Virus record (IMG/VR): IMGVR_UViG_3300046167_000685
Location: 1-58,588 of that record
DNA length: 58,588 bases
DNA from: a virus
Lineage: Duplodnaviria > Caudoviricetes
Strand: one strand, 5' to 3'
Shown: positions 55,031 through 58,588 of the stretch, in pieces
How the letters are laid out: every line of letters starts with the position of its first letter
How positions within the stretch are numbered: the stretch's first letter is position 1
Notes under the pieces: model-generated
The model's input: only the letters and a program-made list of their open reading frames with translations
The model's database searches: none
Told to the model about the DNA's origin: nothing
Position numbers and translations under genes: made by a program

Positions 55031-55801
55031 ATGTTGAAAACTACAGCAATAAGCAGCGCAAAGAAAACCGCCGGGTGCGCTGTCACATACCGGGCCGGGA
55101 GCTCGGAAAAATTTGGAACTTGCCCGGCATCTTGTGAGCTAAACCCGAGCGGGCGCGGTTGCGGCGAAGGACAAATTGATTTTGATTATCTCGACGCCGT
55201 ACTGGACGCAAAACCCCGGCGCGGCTTTTCGTTTACTTATTCGCACTTTCACCCGCTTTTCTGGTCTCACAAATTGAGCCCTAAAAAAACCGTGATTAAC
55301 TACAGCGCGGCCGACCCGGACGCTGCATTGCTGGCACAACAGGCAAGCCCTGCCCCTGTTGTCACCGTCGTAAAGCCTGAATATTGGATATCTGCCCCGG
55401 TCTATGAATACGAGCTCGGTGTTGCCGGTTTGCATAAATATCGGCGCGTCGGTGGCATCCGGGTTGTACGTTGCCCGGCAGAATATAACGACTCGGTAAC
55501 TTGCCGGAATTGCGGCGGGAAGGACGGCCCGTTATGTGCCCGCTTGAACCGCGATTTTATCATCGGGTTTACAGCGCACGGGGCCAGCAAGAAAAAAGCC
55601 GCCACCGATGATCCGGGCGGGTGCTATGCGGCGGGCGGCAATGTTGCCTTGCACTGGACCGCCACCGCGAACCAACAGCAGCCGGAGACCGACGGCGACC
55701 GCCTGCGGGCATTTGTTAAAACCCTGCCCCCGGGCTCGGTTATTCGTCACCATGTGGCCGGTGATATCGGTCTTGATAAAGGAGCAGAAAACAATGGTTA
55801 A
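55031..55801 (+). CDS. Cys-rich putative Fe-S protein (gp88/DUF7227-like)
   Basis: TCPASC, CPA...C..C...LC, IIGFTAHG, CYA, RHHVAGD. Confidence 0.55.
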   Translation: MLKTTAISSAKKTAGCAVTYRAGSSEKFGTCPASCELNPSGRGCGEGQIDFDYLDAVLDAKPRRGFSFTYSHFHPLFWSHKLSPKKTVINYSAADPDAALLAQQASPAPVVTVVKPEYWISAPVYEYELGVAGLHKYRRVGGIRVVRCPAEYNDSVTCRNCGGKDGPLCARLNRDFIIGFTAHGASKKKAATDDPGGCYAAGGNVALHWTATANQQQPETDGDRLRAFVKTLPPGSVIRHHVAGDIGLDKGAENNG

Positions 55802-55997
55802 ATATTCTGAAAAACTAATCGAACAGGGCTTAGCCGACACCCGGGCCGAGTCACTGGCCCGGGCAATGGATAGCTTGCACGGGTCGGTCGCGAGAATGGA
55901 CCAGCGCAACCTAGATCTGTTGCGAGAGCTCGAGCCCGGATTGATCGAGTCATTGAACCGATACGCCAGAACCGAGGACATATTGCGGGAGTTTTGA
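55794..55997 (+). CDS. Hypothetical protein
   Basis: ATG at 55794 with AGGAG RBS. Confidence 0.6.
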   Translation: MVKYSEKLIEQGLADTRAESLARAMDSLHGSVARMDQRNLDLLRELEPGLIESLNRYARTEDILREF

Positions 55998-56020
55998 ACC
56001 CGCAGCCGACCCCCCCTTTA

Positions 56021-56050
56021 TAAGCCCGCCACCCGGCGGGCTTATTTTTT
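56021..56050 (+). terminator. Intrinsic terminator
   Basis: taagcccgcc-accc-ggcgggctta followed by a T-run. Confidence 0.85.
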
Positions 56051-56136
56051 GGGAAATTAACTTGCGTATGGTGGGATAATGTGAGACAACACCCAGACGG
56101 CCCAAGCCGGGCCGCATTTTAACGGGAGCATAACCA

Positions 56137-57417
56137 ATGCAAAATAACGATCTAATCACCATTGACGGCCAGCCGCAGAACGGAATCATTCACGGCGAGC
56201 TTCAGCACCGACACAACGCCCCAGTAACGGGCGCATATCAAACCGACGCAATCCGCCACGGGATCGGCAACAGCGCGGTATCGTCTAATTGGTGGAACCG
56301 CCCGGACGATGAGCGGTTTTTGTCCCTTGCCGATATGCTGGCCTTTAAGAGAGACGACGCCCAGCAGATGCACAGCCAAATTGTGAACACTCACAAGATG
56401 CAGGTTATAGGCGAGCTTGACGAAGAAAACCCCACCCGGGGCAATGTGCTTATTGAATACACCGACGAAGACGGGCGCGAACATTTAAACAAGCCTACCA
56501 ACTGGTCCTTCAATCAGCTTGCAAACCTTGCCGGTGCACCTGCCGGATATCTGCGCGACTTGCCCGCACCCATTGCCGCCGACGCTATGCAATGGGGCTT
56601 GCGGTATAACCGCAGCCGGGACCTTGTGAAGGCATACGGGCACGGCACCGAGGGCGGCGAGCTCAGAGCCACCACCGGCCCAGATTATGGCCGGATTTTT
56701 GACTGGGAGATGCTGCAAACAATCAACCGCTTTGCGGGCGAGGGCAGCGGCTGGAAAATCCCCGGCATGATGACCGGCAGCGCAAACGGGCGGGCGATTT
56801 ATGACCCCTTTGTGCCAGTGACAAAGGACACGACCACCCTTTACGCCAGTGACCGGGACGTGTTTGTTTTTCTGGTAGACGACACCCGGCCCATTGAGAT
56901 TGGCAAGCTCGAGAACGGCGACCCGGATTTAGTTTTCCGGGGCTTTTACGCATGGAACAGCGAAACCGGCAGCAAAACCGCAGGGGTTGCGGCAATGTAT
57001 CTGCGGGGCGTTTGTATGAACCGCAACTTGTGGGGCGTCGAAAATTTCCAAGAAATCAAGATTCGTCACACAAAATTCGCGCCGGATCGTTTTGCTATGG
57101 AAGCAGCCCCGGCGCTGCAATCATTCGCGCATGGTTCAACCTTTGATTTTATGGAGGGCGTAAAGGCCGCGCAGGCGGCAAAGATTGCCGACGATGAAGC
57201 CGAAGCCCTCGAGTTTTTGCACAGGCGGGCCGGGCTCAGTAAGAGCCGCAGCCGCGCCGCAGCAGCCCGGCACGTGAAAGAAGAGGGCAGGCCCATTGCC
57301 AGCGTATGGGATGCCGCGCAGGGCATCACCGCACTGGCTCGGGATATTCCGCACCAAGACGACCGCATCGAGCTTGAGAAAAAGGCGGGCGCGATCCTCG
57401 ACAAGGTAACGGCCTAA
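56137..57417 (+). CDS. DUF932-family protein
   Basis: RPDDERFLSL, PTNWSFNQL, LYASDRDVFVFL, WNSETGS, VCMNRNLWG. Confidence 0.75.
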   Translation: MQNNDLITIDGQPQNGIIHGELQHRHNAPVTGAYQTDAIRHGIGNSAVSSNWWNRPDDERFLSLADMLAFKRDDAQQMHSQIVNTHKMQVIGELDEENPTRGNVLIEYTDEDGREHLNKPTNWSFNQLANLAGAPAGYLRDLPAPIAADAMQWGLRYNRSRDLVKAYGHGTEGGELRATTGPDYGRIFDWEMLQTINRFAGEGSGWKIPGMMTGSANGRAIYDPFVPVTKDTTTLYASDRDVFVFLVDDTRPIEIGKLENGDPDLVFRGFYAWNSETGSKTAGVAAMYLRGVCMNRNLWGVENFQEIKIRHTKFAPDRFAMEAAPALQSFAHGSTFDFMEGVKAAQAAKIADDEAEALEFLHRRAGLSKSRSRAAAARHVKEEGRPIASVWDAAQGITALARDIPHQDDRIELEKKAGAILDKVTA

Positions 57418-57441
57418 ACACCGGCCCGCAGCCGACCCACT

Positions 57442-57468
57442 GGCCCGCCACTCGGCGGGCCTTTTTTT
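57442..57468 (+). terminator. Intrinsic terminator
   Basis: ggcccgcc-actc-ggcgggcc followed by T7. Confidence 0.85.
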
Positions 57469-57555
57469 ATGCTTTTAATACTGGCAAAAATCCCATATAA
57501 AAAATTATGTGAAAAAGTATCAAATGATACTTTGCAAGTATGGGAACGAAAACCA

Positions 57556-57987
57556 ATGACAAATACAGCAGAAAATTTGATCCTCGACCGTTTTTCTGAC
57601 GAAGCACTGACGCAGGCCGACCCGACCGCATTGCTGGCACTGGCGAAGGAATTGCGCGAGCAGCGCGACATTAACGACCGCGCCCGGGGTTCAGCTTGCG
57701 CTAATCTTAACGATATGCAGCGCAACCAAGATCGGCTAGCCGAGGCCCTGATGATCGTTTTGGGCGATCCTATCGAGGCTTTGATAGAGTCGAAGATAGA
57801 AACCAGTGACCGGGATATGTTCGACGGGTTCGACATCGAAGACTATCGGTCTGACGTTGAATATTGGGTCACTGACATGATTGACGAGCGGGTCGGAGAA
57901 ACCGAGAGCGAGGACGACCGGCAACAGGCGGTTGAGGAAATTGTCAAAGACGTTATTTCCGGCGCGTCAATTTCAATCGACATTTAA
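57556..57987 (+). CDS. Acidic hypothetical protein
   Basis: Start at 57556 after a GGGA leader; D/E-rich C-terminal half. Confidence 0.65.
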   Translation: MTNTAENLILDRFSDEALTQADPTALLALAKELREQRDINDRARGSACANLNDMQRNQDRLAEALMIVLGDPIEALIESKIETSDRDMFDGFDIEDYRSDVEYWVTDMIDERVGETESEDDRQQAVEEIVKDVISGASISIDI

Positions 57988-58011
57988 CCGGCCAGCAGCC
58001 GAACCCATCCG

Positions 58012-58047
58012 AGCCCGTCCGGAGCGATCCGGGCGGGTTTTTTCTTT
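58012..58047 (+). terminator. Intrinsic terminator before the right terminal repeat
   Basis: gcccgtccgga-gcga-tccgggcgggt followed by a T-run. Confidence 0.8.
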
Positions 58048-58068
58048 ACCATTAAACCAGTGAATCAT

Positions 58069-58588
58069 GCCCGGCCCCGGGCCTCGAGGACCGCGCCAAA
58101 CGTACCGGACGCCGTGCAGCTCGATCGTAAAACCGGGCAAAACGGCCCGAAACCCCCGGAAACCGGGCAATTCTCGAGCAGCTCGACGCACTAGGACACG
58201 GCGTACCGGCACGAGATCGACGAGAGACGGCCTTTCGTGCGGCGAAAATCGCTCAGCAGCGGGCCGAACCCCGGCCAGTGGCTTATAACTTTTTCGCTCT
58301 TTTTTGTGGTTTTTGCCAGAAATCGCCAAAAAACCGCAGAACCCGGTCCCGAAATCTGGAGCGAATTTTCAGCAAAAAATCACGAATTGGCGGAAAACCG
58401 CCAGTTTTGCCAAAAAAAAACTAGGACCGGGTTGCACGATCCGCGCCCGCTGCTGAACAAAATCCGGCGCACAGGTCGCCAGATCAGGCAGGGGCCCCGG
58501 CCTATCGGGTCAGATCGACCTGCCTCAATCATCGGGTCCCGCCCAACGTCGCGCCCGGCCCGCGGTGCTGCCAGACGGGTGCTAGGGC
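58069..58588 (+). repeat. Right direct terminal repeat (520 bp)
   Basis: Matches 1-520. Confidence 0.95.

Noticed and set aside
1-58588. tRNA, rRNA, integrase/att site, alternative genetic code
   Set aside because: None recognised by eye; standard code gives dense coding with all three stops. tRNAscan-SE and HMM searches are needed to confirm absence

Overview
The window is an essentially complete ~58 kb tailed (podovirus-type) phage genome with a 520-bp direct terminal repeat (1-520 = 58069-58588). The gene set resembles marine alphaproteobacterial podophages (tentatively HTVC023P-like architecture). In order: TerL, an LPD23-like metallopeptidase, portal, a lysis cluster (holin, GH108 endolysin), GroES, scaffold and capsid genes, small basic proteins, a long adaptor/tail-fibre block, large ejection proteins, a lone minus-strand SNF2 helicase, a replication operon (SSB, primase, UvrD helicase, PolA L762) and a right arm of small promoter-terminator cassettes (TerS, nuclease, HNH, DUF932). 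Several +1 frameshifts in the first 3.4 kb look like read errors. The most interesting signals are non-coding. (1) A perfect chromosomal parS palindrome lies 40 bp inside the left repeat, with no recognisable phage ParA/ParB. (2) A set of candidate antisense RNAs: a small promoter-seed-terminator unit (50577-50626) complementary to a CAACTACGGGA motif at the ribosome-binding sites of about 8 phage genes, and a polA 3' tail complementary, via G:U-compatible changes, to the SNF2 helicase start. (3) A repeated operator-like palindrome and an unannotated RHH-like regulator. (4) An AT-rich GTAAC iteron region. (5) A short GG peptide motif shared by predicted ejected and basic proteins. All calls are from visual motif recognition; no searches were run.
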